Part shown: positions 39,811-50,495 of the stretch, piece by piece
Numbering within the stretch: position 1 is the first letter of the stretch
Layout: every line of letters begins with the position of its first letter
Source: an uncultured Chloroflexia bacterium
GTDB taxonomy: Bacteria > Chloroflexota > Limnocylindria > QHBO01
DNA: 64,000 bases
Direction of reading: 5' to 3'
NCBI GenBank assembly: GCA_963827475.1
Contig: CAWHAZ010000005.1
Coordinates: 160,001-224,000 of the forward strand
The notes under the pieces: generated by a model
The model's input: only the letters and a program-made list of their open reading frames with translations
What the model was told of the DNA's origin: nothing
The model's database searches: none
Made by a program: the position numbers and the translations under genes

Positions 39811-41611
39811 AGCCGGATGCGCAGGGAGGTCGCTGGACTAGCCGGCCTGCTCCACCGGACGGAGGGTCGGGTCCGCGACGGATTCGACCGGTCGGGGCGG
39901 ACACCGCTGGGCGGGCGCGCGACCTGCTCGCACGGCTCTTCCTCGGGGCGGGGGTCGACACGGCCGGCGCGTCGAGGGGCTGGAGTGCGTGCAGCAGCGC
40001 GGCGGCCCGGGGATCGACGGCCTCGAGCCCGCCCTCGGCGTGCTCATGGAGTCGCCGGATTTCCTCCAGGCCGTCGGACGGCACCTGCTCGCCGAAAATG
40101 GCGATGAACACCTCGACCACGGTGGGGTCGAACTGGGTTGACGCATGGCGGCGGAGCTCGGCCAGCGCCTGCTCGTGGGTGAGCGCCGACTTGTAGGGCC
40201 GCTCGTGGACCATGGCGTGATACGCGTCGGCCACGGCCACGATCCGGGCACCGAGCGGGATCTCCTCGCCGCGCAGGCCATGCGGATAGCCCGTGCCATC
40301 GAAGCGTTCGTGGTGGTGGAGGACGATCGGGACCGCGTCCCGCATGCTCGTGGCCTGCTCGAGGATGAGCTGGCCGATGCGTGGATGCTCGCCGACCACC
40401 TGCCATTCGACGTCGGTCAGCGACGAGGGCTTGTCGAGGATCTCGTCCGGCAGGGCCAGCTTGCCGAGGTCGTGCAGGAGGGCCGCGATTCGGATCCGAT
40501 CCAGCTCCACCCGGGACAGGCCCATGTGGAGGGCGACCCCGATCGAGAGCGCCGCGATCATGTCCGACGGCCGGCCCCGGTGATGGGGCTGCGGTGCCAG
40601 GACCGATGCCAGGGCCTGGGCGGCGCTGGCGCTCGCCCAGCGACCGATGGCGGCTGCCGCGTCACGCCGCTCCGGGGTGATCGCCGCGCGGCGGACAACC
40701 GATTCATCGGTGACGCTGCCGAACAGGAAGCTCTGGTTGCGTCCCTCGGACTTCGCGACGTACATCGCCGCATCGGCCGCGTCGACCAGGCGGTCGACCT
40801 GCAGCTCGGCGCTGTGCCCACCCGCCACGCCGATGCTGATCGTGGCATCCACCAGCACACCGGAAGCCACGCTGAGCGGTCGGCGCATGACCATCTCGCG
40901 CAGCTCCTCGGCCATGCCGTAGGCGTCTTCCGGGGTCGTCTCGGGCAGGATGAGCATGAACTCCTCCCCGCCATAGCGGCCGAAGATGTCGCTCGCCCGG
41001 ATGCTGCGCGTGATCAGCCCGGCCAGCTGCTGCAGAACGGCGTCTCCGACCCGGTGGCCGTAGGTGTCATTGATCGCCTTGAAGCGGTCGATGTCCATGA
41101 ACGCGACCGACATCGGCTTGGAATGGCGAGACGCCCGTTCGACTTCGCCGGCCAGCGTCCGCAGCAGCGATTCGCGGTTGGGGATGCCGGTCAGCCGGTC
41201 CCGGGTCGCCTGCGCCTCCGCCATGGCGAACGTGCCCGCCGCCCGGTTGAACGCTCGAGCCAGGCGCCGCTCGGCGGGCACGCCCGACTCCTTGAGCATG
41301 ATCGGCGCGCCCTGGTCCACGGTGCGCTCGAGGTCATTGGCCAGGCGTCGGAGTCGGAGGGCGAAGTAGAACCAGGTGGTCAGAGCCATGGCCGTGGCGC
41401 CCAGCCCGATGGCCAGCCCCACCAGTCCGACCATGAAGCCGCGGGTCTCCGGAGGCTGGTGGACGAGCATCGCCCCGAGGAGGGTGAGGCACACGGCAGC
41501 CACGACCGGATACAGGAAGCCGAGCAGCCGCAGCAGCCAGAGCAAGTCATCCTCCAGGACGGGGAGATGTGGTCCGTGACCAGTCTGGTCGAGACCCGCT
41601 GGCGAGGCCAT
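39788..41611 (-). CDS. Membrane diguanylate cyclase / HD-GYP hybrid
   Basis: 2 TM plus HAMP-like region; DRLTG, DIDRFKAINDTYGH, RASD..RYGGEEF; LLHDLGK, HHERFDGTGYP; true stop may be 39838. Confidence 0.9.
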   Translation of the reverse strand: MASPAGLDQTGHGPHLPVLEDDLLWLLRLLGFLYPVVAAVCLTLLGAMLVHQPPETRGFMVGLVGLAIGLGATAMALTTWFYFALRLRRLANDLERTVDQGAPIMLKESGVPAERRLARAFNRAAGTFAMAEAQATRDRLTGIPNRESLLRTLAGEVERASRHSKPMSVAFMDIDRFKAINDTYGHRVGDAVLQQLAGLITRSIRASDIFGRYGGEEFMLILPETTPEDAYGMAEELREMVMRRPLSVASGVLVDATISIGVAGGHSAELQVDRLVDAADAAMYVAKSEGRNQSFLFGSVTDESVVRRAAITPERRDAAAAIGRWASASAAQALASVLAPQPHHRGRPSDMIAALSIGVALHMGLSRVELDRIRIAALLHDLGKLALPDEILDKPSSLTDVEWQVVGEHPRIGQLILEQATSMRDAVPIVLHHHERFDGTGYPHGLRGEEIPLGARIVAVADAYHAMVHERPYKSALTHEQALAELRRHASTQFDPTVVEVFIAIFGEQVPSDGLEEIRRLHEHAEGGLEAVDPRAAALLHALQPLDAPAVSTPAPRKSRASRSRARPAVSAPTGRIRRGPDPPSGGAGRLVQRPPCASGFSPRPAG

Positions 41612-41819
41612 GGCCTGATCGTCCGATGCCTCGGCGCGCCGGTGCCGCGAGGGCTCGGATCGGGCCGTGGTGCGGTCCGGTGCAGTACCCGGCCCGGACC
41701 TCCGGCGAGGGCTGCTCGCCGGCCTGGTCACCGGAACGGTGATTTCAGACCCATCTGCTAGGATGGCCGCCGCGCTTCGTGCCGGGTGGCACGGACCCAG
41801 GGAGTGAGGCACATCGCGA

Positions 41820-42401
41820 ATGGAAGGTCTGCCGGATCCGGGCCAGATCTGGAACGACTTCACCAGCAACCCGGTTGTCCAGCTGGCGGCAACGCTGATC
41901 GTCGTGTACGTCGTGATGCTCTGGCTGGGGACCGCCTACTGGGCCTTCCGCGACATGCAGGCTCGGACCGAGAACCCGATCCTGCCCTACTTCGCCTCCG
42001 CACTGATCATCTTCTTCACTCCACTCGTGTTCCTGTTCGCTTGGCTGATGTACATCATCATTCGACCCCGCGAGACGATGGCCGAGGTCTACGAGCGGTC
42101 CCTGGCCGAGGAGTCGCTCCTGGCCGAGATGGAGAAGCACCTCAACTGCCCAACCTGCCGAGCGCGCGTCTCCGAGGACTGGATCGTGTGTCCCAACTGT
42201 CGGACGCGGCTCCACCGCATCTGCCCCGCCTGCCAGCGGCTGACCGAGCCAGCGTGGTCGATCTGCGCCTTCTGCGGCACTGATCTGCCGACCCGCGCTC
42301 GACCCGCGGCGGTCCCCGCACCGGTCGCGGCCCCGGCCGCCGACCGCCCCGAATTCGGCCACGAGAAGGGCGCCGTCCCGCAGGCGGCGCACAACCCCTG
42401 A
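41820..42401 (+). CDS. Membrane protein with C-terminal double zinc ribbon
   Basis: 2 TM, YIIIRPRET, CPTC..CPNC..CPAC..CAFCG. Confidence 0.8.
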   Translation: MEGLPDPGQIWNDFTSNPVVQLAATLIVVYVVMLWLGTAYWAFRDMQARTENPILPYFASALIIFFTPLVFLFAWLMYIIIRPRETMAEVYERSLAEESLLAEMEKHLNCPTCRARVSEDWIVCPNCRTRLHRICPACQRLTEPAWSICAFCGTDLPTRARPAAVPAPVAAPAADRPEFGHEKGAVPQAAHNP

Positions 42402-42508
42402 CCGACGCGGCCGACGCCCCGGCTCCTCCAACTCCTGACCTGATCCCGGCCCCGGCGGCACCGCCGCCCGAGCCGACTGTCCCCGTCCCGGCGGCGTGGC
42501 CCGGCTGG

Positions 42509-43402
42509 GTGCTCGCCGCGCTCGGCCTGGTCGTCATGGTCGCCGGCCTGGTGTGGATCGTCTTCGCCGCCTCGTTGGGGGCGAGCCCGTCAGAATGGGT
42601 CCTGCCCGCGGTGATCACCGCAGCCGGCGGCCTGACCCTGGTCGGCAGCCTCGGGTGGCTCGCGGAGCGCGGGATCTGGGTCCGCCGGAGACTTCCCGAG
42701 GAGCGCTACCGCGGGCCGAGCATCATCCTGCTCTTCGTCCTCGCCGTGGCCGCGGCCAACCTGCTCTCGCTCCCACCACTCCTCGCCGACACCCTGGCCG
42801 GGGGCGACCCGACCGAGCCCAGCCCGGTCGCGCTCATCTTCCTGCTGCTCGTGACCCCGCTCATCTTCGGCGCGGTCGGAGCGCTGTTCGTGATCCGACC
42901 GCGCGCCCTGGTCGGGGCTCGGTTCGGTGATGGCGCGGCCACGGCCTGGAACGTCGGGCGCGGAGTGGGCCTCGGGGCGGCGGCCTGGGTTGCCGCCAAC
43001 GCGGTCGCCATTGCCCTGGCGTGGCTGGTGACCGAGCTGACGGGCGAGGCGCCGGACGAGGGGCAGGTCGTGGCCGAGATGGCGAAGACCCTTCCTCCGT
43101 TGGTCGCCATCGCGCTCATCGGCCTGCTGGCACCGGTGGCCGAGGAGTTCTTCTTCCGCTGGATCGCGGTCAACGCCTGGGAGCGCGAGCACGGGACCCG
43201 GGTCGCGGTGCTCGGGTCGGCCGTGCTGTTCGGCGGCGCCCACATTCTCGGCGGATCGTGGTTGGCCCTGCCGTCCATCATCCTGCTCGGCGTGATCCTG
43301 GCCGGGGCCTACGTCGCGACCCGCAGCCTGCCGCTGGTGATCGGCGTCCATGCCACGTTCAACTGCCTCTCGCTGGCGGTGCTCTTCCTCGTCCCCGTTT
43401 GA
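42509..43402 (+). CDS. CPBP (CAAX/Abi) intramembrane metalloprotease
   Basis: APVAEEFFFR, FGGAH, HATFN; frame is open back to a CTG at 42398. Confidence 0.88.
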   Translation: MLAALGLVVMVAGLVWIVFAASLGASPSEWVLPAVITAAGGLTLVGSLGWLAERGIWVRRRLPEERYRGPSIILLFVLAVAAANLLSLPPLLADTLAGGDPTEPSPVALIFLLLVTPLIFGAVGALFVIRPRALVGARFGDGAATAWNVGRGVGLGAAAWVAANAVAIALAWLVTELTGEAPDEGQVVAEMAKTLPPLVAIALIGLLAPVAEEFFFRWIAVNAWEREHGTRVAVLGSAVLFGGAHILGGSWLALPSIILLGVILAGAYVATRSLPLVIGVHATFNCLSLAVLFLVPV

Positions 43403-43464
43403 GCCGCACCCCCCGGCAACCGCCGGGTAACGGCCGGCAAAGCACCGCCGACGATCGTGTGCCC

Positions 43465-44109
43465 ATGACCCCCACCCGCTCGGCCGCCGACCGCCTGCTC
43501 GGCGCCGGCCCGGGAGCGCTCGCCGACGACGAGCTGCTGGCGCTCGTGCTGGGAGGTCGCGGGGCGCTGTCCACGGCCCGTAGCCTGCTCGACGCGCACG
43601 GGTTGACCCACCTGGCCACCATGCTGGCCCCGGAGGTCGAGACCTCGCCGCAGGTCGGGCCACGGCGGGCGGCGGCGGTGGCGGCCGCCTTCGAGCTGGC
43701 CCGGCGCGCGAATGCCCGCTGGCCGCTTCCCGGCTGGCGGGTGCGGACCCCGGCCGACGTGGCCGAGCGGCTCGTGCCGGAGATGCGCCATCTCGACCGC
43801 GAGGAGCTGCTGGTCTGCCTCCTGAACACGCGGAACGTCGTCCTCGGCCGCTCGACGGTCTACGTCGGGAACCTCGCCGGGTCCCCGGTCCGCATCGGTG
43901 AGGTCTACCGCGAGGCGATCCGTCGCCAGGCGGCGGCGGTCATCGTGGCCCACAACCACCCCTCCGGCGACCCGTCGCCATCAGGGGACGATCTGCGGAT
44001 CACTGCCGACCTGGCCGACGCCGGGCGGCTGCTCGACATCGAGCTGCTCGACCACCTGGTCATCGGTCATGACCGATGGGTGAGTCTTCGCGCCGCGGGC
44101 GCGCTGTGA
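43465..44109 (+). CDS. radC: RadC-family JAB-domain protein
   Basis: LADDELLAL, AAFELARR, AHNHPSGDPSPSGDD, LLDHLVIG. Confidence 0.93.
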   Translation: MTPTRSAADRLLGAGPGALADDELLALVLGGRGALSTARSLLDAHGLTHLATMLAPEVETSPQVGPRRAAAVAAAFELARRANARWPLPGWRVRTPADVAERLVPEMRHLDREELLVCLLNTRNVVLGRSTVYVGNLAGSPVRIGEVYREAIRRQAAAVIVAHNHPSGDPSPSGDDLRITADLADAGRLLDIELLDHLVIGHDRWVSLRAAGAL

Positions 44110-44117
44110 CCCCGTGA

Positions 44118-45392
44118 TCAGGGACCGACGACGCGATACAGCCCCCCACCCTCGATGTCGACGACGTAGATCTCGCCCGCCTCGTCCTCGCCGAACGAGC
44201 TGACCGCCAGGGTGGTGGCCAGCACCGTCTTCACGCTGATCGTCGCCCCCGCGACGTCGAGCGAGAAGAGTCGGCCGCTGCACCAGTCGCCGAAGAAGTA
44301 CGCCCCCTGCAGCTGGGGCTGCGCCGTGCCGCGGTAGATGTAGCCGCCGATGACCGAGCACCCGGAGCCGTGGTCGTAGGCCGCGATCGGCGCCACCAGG
44401 CCCGCCGGGCAGCTGCCGCTCCGGCACTGGGGGCCCTCCATCAGCGGCCAGCCGTAGTTCACCCCGCCCGAGGCGCCGGCGTCCTGGCGGTTGATCTCCT
44501 CCCAGGCGCCCCCGCCGACATCACCCATGAACAGGGCCCCCAGCGCTCGGTCGAAGGTGATCCGCCAGGGATTGCGCACGCCGTAGGCCCAGATCTCGGG
44601 AGCCCCGCCTCCCCCAACGAACGGGTTGGTGGACGGGATCGCGTAGGCGCGCCCAGCGGCGGGGGCGGCGTCGACGTCGACCCGCAGGATCTTGCCGAGC
44701 AGGCTGGTGACGTTCTGCCCGTTGCCGAACTGGTCGTTCTGACCGCCGCCGTCGCCCATCGCGATGTACAGGTAACCGTCCGGTCCAAAGGCCAGGCTGC
44801 CGCCGTTGTGGTTCGCCGCCGGATCCGGAACCGCGAACAGGATCCGTCCGGTCCCGGGGTCGGCCCGTCCCGCATCCGACGAGACCCTGTACTCGGCCAC
44901 GGTGTTGGCGCCCGAGGGCCGGCTGGTGTAGGCGACGAAGAACCGCCCGTTCCGCTCGTACTCCGGATGGAAGGCGAGCCCCAACAGGCCGCGTTCTCCG
45001 CCGCTGAGGACCAGTGACGAGATGTCGAGGAACGGATCCGGATCCATCTGGCCGCTCGCGCTCACGGCGTGGATGTGCCCGTTCTGCTCGACGACGAACA
45101 GCCGCTCCGAGCCGTCGCCCGCGTTCTCCACGCCGAGGGGCCGGTCAAGCCCTTCGGTCACGGCCTGGAGCGAAACGCTGACCGGCCCGGACACCAGGGC
45201 GGGGGGCGGGGTGGCCGGGACCGAGGGCTCAACCGACGGTGTAAGCGAGGGTGCCGCCGATTCGGCGACCGATGCGGGCGGGGATGGCGACGGGCTCGGT
45301 GATTCGGCCACGCAGGCGCCGAGCAGGAACGCCGATCCGATGACCAGGGCAAGCCGATGCGGCGCCGACCGACGCCTGGACGGATGAGTCAT
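44118..45392 (-). CDS. PQQ-dependent sugar dehydrogenase (GSDH) lipoprotein
   Basis: Lipobox LGAC, ERGLLGLAFHP, NHNGG, FGPDGYLY, GKILR, YGVRNPWR. Confidence 0.9.
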   Translation of the reverse strand: MTHPSRRRSAPHRLALVIGSAFLLGACVAESPSPSPSPPASVAESAAPSLTPSVEPSVPATPPPALVSGPVSVSLQAVTEGLDRPLGVENAGDGSERLFVVEQNGHIHAVSASGQMDPDPFLDISSLVLSGGERGLLGLAFHPEYERNGRFFVAYTSRPSGANTVAEYRVSSDAGRADPGTGRILFAVPDPAANHNGGSLAFGPDGYLYIAMGDGGGQNDQFGNGQNVTSLLGKILRVDVDAAPAAGRAYAIPSTNPFVGGGGAPEIWAYGVRNPWRITFDRALGALFMGDVGGGAWEEINRQDAGASGGVNYGWPLMEGPQCRSGSCPAGLVAPIAAYDHGSGCSVIGGYIYRGTAQPQLQGAYFFGDWCSGRLFSLDVAGATISVKTVLATTLAVSSFGEDEAGEIYVVDIEGGGLYRVVGP

Positions 45393-45438
45393 GGGCTGCA
45401 CAGACTACCCGCTGGAATGGGGTAGGGTTCGAACGCCG

Positions 45439-47574
45439 ATGACGACCACCCGCGCGAGCCTGCGTCGCCTGGCTACGGCCGTCGAGCCGGGCCCGGACGC
45501 GGTCGGCACGGCCCGCACCATCGTCATCGAGAAGGTGGAACCCGAGCTCGACGGCGGGCGATATCCCGCCAAGCGGGTGGTCGGGGACTGGTTCACGGTC
45601 AGCGCCGACATCATCGCCGACGGCCACGACCAGCTCGGTGCGGCCCTGCTCATCCGGGCCGACGACGAGGCCGCGTGGCAGGAGATTCCGATGCGCCTGC
45701 ATCGCCACGATCGGTGGCGCGCCCGTGTCCGGCTTCGGCGCAACCGGTGGCACCGGTACACGGTGGAGGCCTGGCGCGACGACGTCGGCAGCTGGTCCGA
45801 GCGGCTCACCCGCAAGGCACGCCTCGGGGTCGACGTGGCCATCGAGCTCGCGGAGGCGCGCCAGGTCCTCGACGAGGCGGCTCGTCGAGCACGCCGGGCC
45901 GGGGCGGTGGACGACGCCGCCATCCTGCGCGACGCTCGGGCGCGGCTGGCCGCCGCGCCCGACGGGCGTGCCGCAGCCCGTATCGCCCGCGAACGGGCGC
46001 TGCTGGCCGCGGGTGCGCGTCACCCGGACCGCCGCGCCGCGTCCCGCTACGACCGTGAGCTCGAGCTGGTGGTGGATCGCCCGGCCGCGGTCAGCGGGGC
46101 GTGGTACGAGCTGTTCCCGCGCTCCCAGGGAACGACGCCCAGCACCCCGGCCACCCTGGTCGAGTCCGAATGGCGCCTGCCCGAGCTCGCCCGGCTCGGG
46201 TTCGACGTCATCTATCTGCCGCCCATCCACCCCATCGGCACCACCAACCGCAAGGGACGCAACAACGCGGAGCAGGGGAAGCCGGGCGACGTCGGCAGTC
46301 CGTGGGCGGTCGGCTCTTCCGACGGTGGCCACGAGGCGGTCGCCCCCGAGCTCGGCGGCCTGGCCGGGTTCGAGCACTTTCGCCGCGCCGCCGCACGCCA
46401 GGGGATGGAGGTCGCCCTCGACCTCGCCATCCAGGCCTCCCCGGACCACCCATGGGTCGAGGCCCATCCCGAGTGGTTTCGCCGGGCGCCGGACGGGTCG
46501 ATCCGGTACGCGGAAAACCCGCCCAAGCGCTACCAGGATGTCTACCCCTTCGACTTCCGCACGGCAGAACCGGCGGCGCGGGCCGAGCTGTGGCACGCCT
46601 GGCGCGACGTCATCCTCACCTGGGTCCAGCGAGGCGTGCGGATCTTCCGGGTCGACAACCCCCACACCAAGCCGGTGGCGTTCTGGACCTGGCTCATCCG
46701 CGACGTCCAGGCCCGGTACCCCGACGTCATCTTCCTCGCGGAAGCGTTCACCAGGCACAAGCCGATGCGTCTCCTCTCGAAGGCGGGATTCACGCAGTCG
46801 TACACCTACTTCACCTGGCGCAACGACGCCGACGACCTGCGCGAGTACCTCACCGAGCTGACACGGACCGAGATGCGGCAGTACTACCGCGGCAACCTGT
46901 TCACCAACACCCCCGACATCAACCCGCACTACCTCGCCCGCGGACGGCCCACGTTCGTCAGCCGCCTGGTCCTTGCCGCGACGCTGTCCGGCCTGTACGG
47001 CATCTACTCCGGGTTCGAGCTCCTCGAACACCGTCGGATCGGACGCGGCGAGGAGTACCGGGACAGCGAGAAGTACGAGATCGTGGTCCGAGACTGGGAC
47101 GCGCCGGGCAACCTCAAGCCGCTGATCCGGACCCTGAACGAGCTGCGGCGCGACTGGCCCGCACTCGGCCGCACCGAGACCCTGCGGTTCGAGGAAACCC
47201 GCGCGAAGCGGATCCTGTTCTATCGCAAGGCGCTCCCGGTCGGGCAGGTGGACCTGCTGTCCGAGGATCCTCGGACCTGGCGCCAACCGGTCTGGGTGGC
47301 CGTCAACGTGACCCCGACCCGTTCCGAGCAGGCGGTCCTCCGTCCGAAGCTGGCGGCCGTGGGCATCGATCCCGCGCGGCCGTATCGGTACACTGATCTG
47401 CTGACAGGCACCAGCCGCGTCCGGAAGGGCCGTGCCATCACCGTCACCCTGGGGCCCGACCGCCCGTTCGTGATCTTCAGCCTGTCGCAGGACCCCGCGC
47501 CGAAGGGGCGGACCGTTCGCACGGTCCGCCGCCGACGCCGGGCAGGGCCGGACCCAGGCCCTGATCGTCGATAG
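45439..47574 (+). CDS. glgE: Alpha-1,4-glucan:maltose-1-phosphate maltosyltransferase
   Basis: WYELFPRS, YLPPIHPIG, YAENPPKRYQD, FRVDNPHTKP, FLAEAFT, QSYTYFTWRN, NTPDI. Confidence 0.95.
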   Translation: MTTTRASLRRLATAVEPGPDAVGTARTIVIEKVEPELDGGRYPAKRVVGDWFTVSADIIADGHDQLGAALLIRADDEAAWQEIPMRLHRHDRWRARVRLRRNRWHRYTVEAWRDDVGSWSERLTRKARLGVDVAIELAEARQVLDEAARRARRAGAVDDAAILRDARARLAAAPDGRAAARIARERALLAAGARHPDRRAASRYDRELELVVDRPAAVSGAWYELFPRSQGTTPSTPATLVESEWRLPELARLGFDVIYLPPIHPIGTTNRKGRNNAEQGKPGDVGSPWAVGSSDGGHEAVAPELGGLAGFEHFRRAAARQGMEVALDLAIQASPDHPWVEAHPEWFRRAPDGSIRYAENPPKRYQDVYPFDFRTAEPAARAELWHAWRDVILTWVQRGVRIFRVDNPHTKPVAFWTWLIRDVQARYPDVIFLAEAFTRHKPMRLLSKAGFTQSYTYFTWRNDADDLREYLTELTRTEMRQYYRGNLFTNTPDINPHYLARGRPTFVSRLVLAATLSGLYGIYSGFELLEHRRIGRGEEYRDSEKYEIVVRDWDAPGNLKPLIRTLNELRRDWPALGRTETLRFEETRAKRILFYRKALPVGQVDLLSEDPRTWRQPVWVAVNVTPTRSEQAVLRPKLAAVGIDPARPYRYTDLLTGTSRVRKGRAITVTLGPDRPFVIFSLSQDPAPKGRTVRTVRRRRRAGPDPGPDRR

Positions 47575-47591
47575 CGGAGGGCATCACACCA

Positions 47592-48362
47592 GTGCCGCTT
47601 CCCGGGCTGACCTTCCTCGGCCACTCCACACTGCTCATCGAGCTGGAGGGGCTCCGGATCCTGACCGATCCGATCCTCGTCGACCGACTGATGTTCCTGG
47701 CCCGCGTCGTCCGTCCGGTGGATCCGTCCCTGTATGCCGACATCGACCTCGTCCTCCTGAGCCACCTCCACATCGACCATTTCGACCGGCTGTCGCTCGC
47801 CCGCATCGACTCGCAGCCGGAGATCGTGACCTGTCCGGGCGGCGCTGGCCTCCTCCGAAGCTGGGGATGGTCCCGGGTGAAGGAGCTGGCACCCGGCGAG
47901 GCGCACGAGGTCGGGCCGGTGCGGATCACCGCCACGCCAGCCGACCATCCCGGCTTCCGCCCGCCATTCGGACCCCGCGGGACGGCGGTGGGGTATCTCA
48001 TCGAGTCCGGCCAGGCTCGGCTGTACTTCGCCGGTGACACGGACCTCCTGCCGGAGATGGAGACCATGATCGAGGGCGAGCTGGACGTCGCCTTCCTGCC
48101 GATCAGTGGCTGGGGCCCGCGGCTGGGGCCCGGCCACATGAATCCGGCCCGCGCGGCGGAGGCCGTCGTGCGACTCGGGCCACGGTACGCGGTGCCCATC
48201 CACTGGGGCACGCTGTGGCCGTACGGCCTTGGCCGTTTCACGGCCGACCGGCTGGAAGGTCCCCCGGCGGAGTTCGTCAGCAGCCTCGAAAAACGAGCGG
48301 GGCAGACGGATGCCAGAGCCTTGATCGCCCGTCCCGGGGAGCGGGTACCCTTCGTCCCCTGA
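47592..48362 (+). CDS. MBL-fold metallo-hydrolase
   Basis: LSHLHIDH, YFAGDT, VPIHWGT. Confidence 0.88.
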   Translation: MPLPGLTFLGHSTLLIELEGLRILTDPILVDRLMFLARVVRPVDPSLYADIDLVLLSHLHIDHFDRLSLARIDSQPEIVTCPGGAGLLRSWGWSRVKELAPGEAHEVGPVRITATPADHPGFRPPFGPRGTAVGYLIESGQARLYFAGDTDLLPEMETMIEGELDVAFLPISGWGPRLGPGHMNPARAAEAVVRLGPRYAVPIHWGTLWPYGLGRFTADRLEGPPAEFVSSLEKRAGQTDARALIARPGERVPFVP

Positions 48363-48396
48363 CCACCGAGCCCCATTCCGAGGTTCCTGACGCTCC

Positions 48397-50486
48397 ATGC
48401 GCACCTGGCTGACACGCACCGCTGCCGCCTACCGGGCGCAGGCCCACGCGCTCAGGCGACTTCGGCCGACCCCGCTGGGCCTCGCGTTCCGCGTCCTTCT
48501 CTCGGTCGTCTCCGCCTGGCTGAGCCTGGTCGTCACCGTGGCCCTGGCGCCCGGCATCGAGTGGGACGGACGGACATCGGTCCTGCTGGCCGTGGCCGTC
48601 ATCGGGGCGGCGGACTTCCTCATCAGGCCACTGATCCTCGCCGCGGTCCTGCCCATCGGCTTCATCGCCGTCTTCGCGGTCGGCTTCCTGTACCGCGCAG
48701 CGTCGTTCTTCTTCATCCTGCCCCTCGTCGGCTTCGACCTCGGCGGCTTCGGGAGCGGCCTCGTCGGCGCGGGCGATCTATGGTGTCGTCAGCTCGATCC
48801 TCGGCGGCATCGTGGGCATGACCGACGAGGAGTCGTACGGCCAGCGCGTGGTCAACCAGGTCATCCGCGACCAGGAGCAGGTTCCGCACAGCGACGTTCC
48901 GGGGGTGGTGATCATCCAGGTCGATGGCCTGGCGTTTCCCCTGCTGGCCGCGCAGGTGCGCGCGGGCACGATGACCACCCTGGCCCGCTGGATCCGGTCC
49001 GGCTCGCACCGGATGATGGAGTACACCGCCGACCTCCCGTCACAGACCTCGACCGGGCAGGCCGGCCTGCTTGCACGGCAATGCCGCCGGCATCCCCGCC
49101 TTCCGTTGGTACGAGAAGGAGCGGCGGCGGATGATGGTCTCCAACCGCCCGGCCGACGCGGCCGAGATCGAGTCCCGGATCAGCGACGGCAATGGCCTGC
49201 TGGCCAACGGTGGCGCGTCGATCGACAACATGTTCTCCGGCGACGCGACACACGTCCGGATGGTCATGAGCCGGCTGAACAGCGACCAGGACAAGGCCGG
49301 TCGTGACCGGAGCATGTACTACTTCCTGCTCAACCCGTACAGCATCGGGCGGACGATCGTCCGCACCATGGGGGAGCTGCTGAAGGAGCTGTACCAGTCC
49401 TGGCAGCAGCGACGGCGCCAGATCGAGCCGCGGATGCACCGCGGCGTGAAGTTCGCCGGCCTGCGCGCCACGACCAACGTCGTGCTCCGTGACCTGAACC
49501 ATGCGCTGGTGGCCGAGCAGATGCTGCGCGGGACGCGGGTGATGTACGTCGACTTCGTCGACTATGACGACATCGCCCACCACACCGGCCCCGAGCGGCA
49601 GGAGGCCATCCAGTCGCTGTACGGCATCGACCGTGCCATCGGGCGACTGGAGCGGCTGGTGCCGGACTGCCCGCGGCCCTACCGCTTCGTGATCGTCTCG
49701 GACCACGGCCAGAGCCAGGGCGCGACGTTCCGCCAGCGCTACGGCGAGACGATCGAGGACTGGCTGCGCACGCGCATCGGAGCCGACGTCACGCGAGCCG
49801 CCACCGCGCCGGTGGAGGACGCCGGCCGGCTGTCCACCGTCCTGACCGAGGCCAGCTCGGCCGATGGCGCGACGGCCGCCCTCGGCCGGCGCGCGCTGCA
49901 GGGCAGCATGGACGACGGCGCGGTGGAGCTGGGCGCCCTGGGCGACGAGGTGGCGGAGGAGCCGACCGGCGAGCTGCCCGACCTCGTGGTCTGCGCCTCG
50001 GGCAACCTCGGGCTGGTGTACTTCGGCGTCGCCGAGCACCGCATGTCGCTGCACGAGATCGAGGCCGCCTTCCCGGGCATGGTCGACGAGCTCGTCGCGC
50101 ACGAGGGCATCGGCTTCGCGCTCGTCCGATCCGGCGACGGCCATGCCCTGGCGGTCGGCCCGAACGGGCGGCACGACCTGACCGATGGGACGGTGACCGG
50201 CACCGATCCGGTCGCCCAGTTCGGCGCCGACGCGCCTGACCAGCTCCGTCACCTCGACGGCATCGACCACGTCGGCGACCTGGTCCTCATGAGCCGGCTC
50301 GACACCGGCACCGACGAGGTGGCCGCGTTCGAGGAGCTGATCGGGAGCCACGGGGGGATGGGCGGATGGCAGACCAGGCCGTGCCTCGTCTTTCCCGCGG
50401 ACTGGACGGCCCCAGACGGGCGCCTGATGGGGGCCCCCGCCGTCCACCGGCAGCTGAAGGCCTGGATCGCCGCCGAGCAGGGCTAG
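48397..50486 (+). CDS. Holin-like membrane domain fused to alkaline-phosphatase/phosphodiesterase domain (frameshifts near 48770 and 49070)
   Basis: 4 TM N-terminus; IIQVDGL, PSQT, FRWYEK, DYDDIAHH, VSDHGQ, GSHGGMGG. Confidence 0.75.
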
Positions 50487-50495
50487 GGGGGCCGG

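Noticed and set aside
43465-44109. RadC/JAB as a mobile-element anti-restriction gene
   Set aside because: Full-length chromosomal-type RadC in a housekeeping context upstream of mreBC; no mobile-element hallmarks
48397-48830. Holin-like domain as a sign of prophage
   Set aside because: It is the membrane N-terminus of a phosphatase-fold fusion protein; no phage genes nearby
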